From Camelus dromedarius (lineage: Eukaryota), in NCBI RefSeq assembly GCF_036321535.1, contig NC_087445.1, positions 42,098,001 to 42,162,000 on the forward strand: a stretch of DNA of 64,000 bases. Direction: 5' to 3'. The notes below the pieces were generated by a model that did no database searches, was not told where the DNA came from, and worked only from the letters and a program-made list of their open reading frames with translations. Position 1 is the first letter of the stretch. Each line of letters opens with the position of its first letter. Below are positions 63,231-64,000 of the stretch, in pieces. The position numbers were made by a program, and so were the translations under genes.

Positions 63231-64000
63231 GAAGTCTTACTTTATTTCACTTTAAAAAAAGGATCATTTCAGTTATTTGTAATGCTGTCACCTAGCAACA
63301 ATGCCAGTCACTTTTTACATCTTGGTCTTGGCAGAAAATCTTCCAACTTCTTTTCTTTTTTTGGGGGGGGAGGCTAATAATCTTCCCCATAATAATAATA
63401 ATAGTATGTATATAATTTCTTGTGATTACATAAATCAGATTATACCAAATACACTTTTTTGTTATCTTTTTCCTATAATTTAGCTAAACAAACAAACAAA
63501 TCTATTGCACAGATTATAACTAACATGAGTTCCACGTAAAAGCTTTAGAAGAGTCCCGATATTCACATGCAACATGTCCACGTGTGTCTGCTTCCCCACA
63601 CCCTCACCAGCACTGAGGACAGGTCTCTGGTTTAGACTCACGGATGGTAATCAGAAAACCTCGCTCTGGCTTCCTTTAAGCAACAAGAACAAAGAAACTG
63701 AGAAGCAGTAAACTCATGAGGAAATAGAAATGCCGGGGAACGAAAAGGGTGTGGGAAGGAGTTTGAAGAAGAAACAAGTGGCTGAAAACGAACAAAGGAA
63801 TGAGGAAATGGGAAGGGGGTTAAATACAAAAAAAGTAGGGCGTCTTTCAGGAATATTCTTGTTAACCAGGTCATGACTCTGAGACAAGCAGACTAAAGGC
63901 GCAGGAGCAAGATGTAGTTTCTGATGTCATAACGTGACTAGGAGTCGATAAAGGAGGGCTAGGGTGGGTCCCCCTGAGACCGGGTATTTTAACCTAACCT

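Overview
Mammalian genomic DNA, almost certainly from a camelid: it carries the tRNA-derived Vic-1 SINE, and I saw no Alu, B1, Bov-A/BovB, PRE-1 or Can-SINE. The window holds the 3' part of GNAQ (G protein alpha q) on the minus strand. Coding exon 6 is at 22377-22530 and the terminal coding exon 7 at 17084-17274 (stop TAA). A long 3' UTR of roughly 5 kb runs leftwards to about 11.7-13 kb, intron 6 is 5.1 kb, and 41.5 kb of intron 5 runs off the right edge. The supplied ORF track does not report either real exon in its correct frame. Its ORFs are decayed L1 pieces, antisense shadows or chance frames. The left ~11 kb is intergenic, on the side where GNA14 lies in other mammals, and shows no exon. 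The rest is ordinary ancient repeat content: L1, HAL1-like, L2, MIR, MaLR/ERVL solo LTRs and hAT MITEs, several with readable target-site duplications. Repeat subfamily names come from recalled consensus sequences, and most repeat boundaries are approximate. I find no support for a previously undescribed coding system. The best leads are an unidentified 150-bp segment flanked by a perfect 15-bp direct repeat, a CpG- and motif-dense patch inside the 3' UTR, a few candidate intronic regulatory elements, and a non-random placement of the 13 N blocks.
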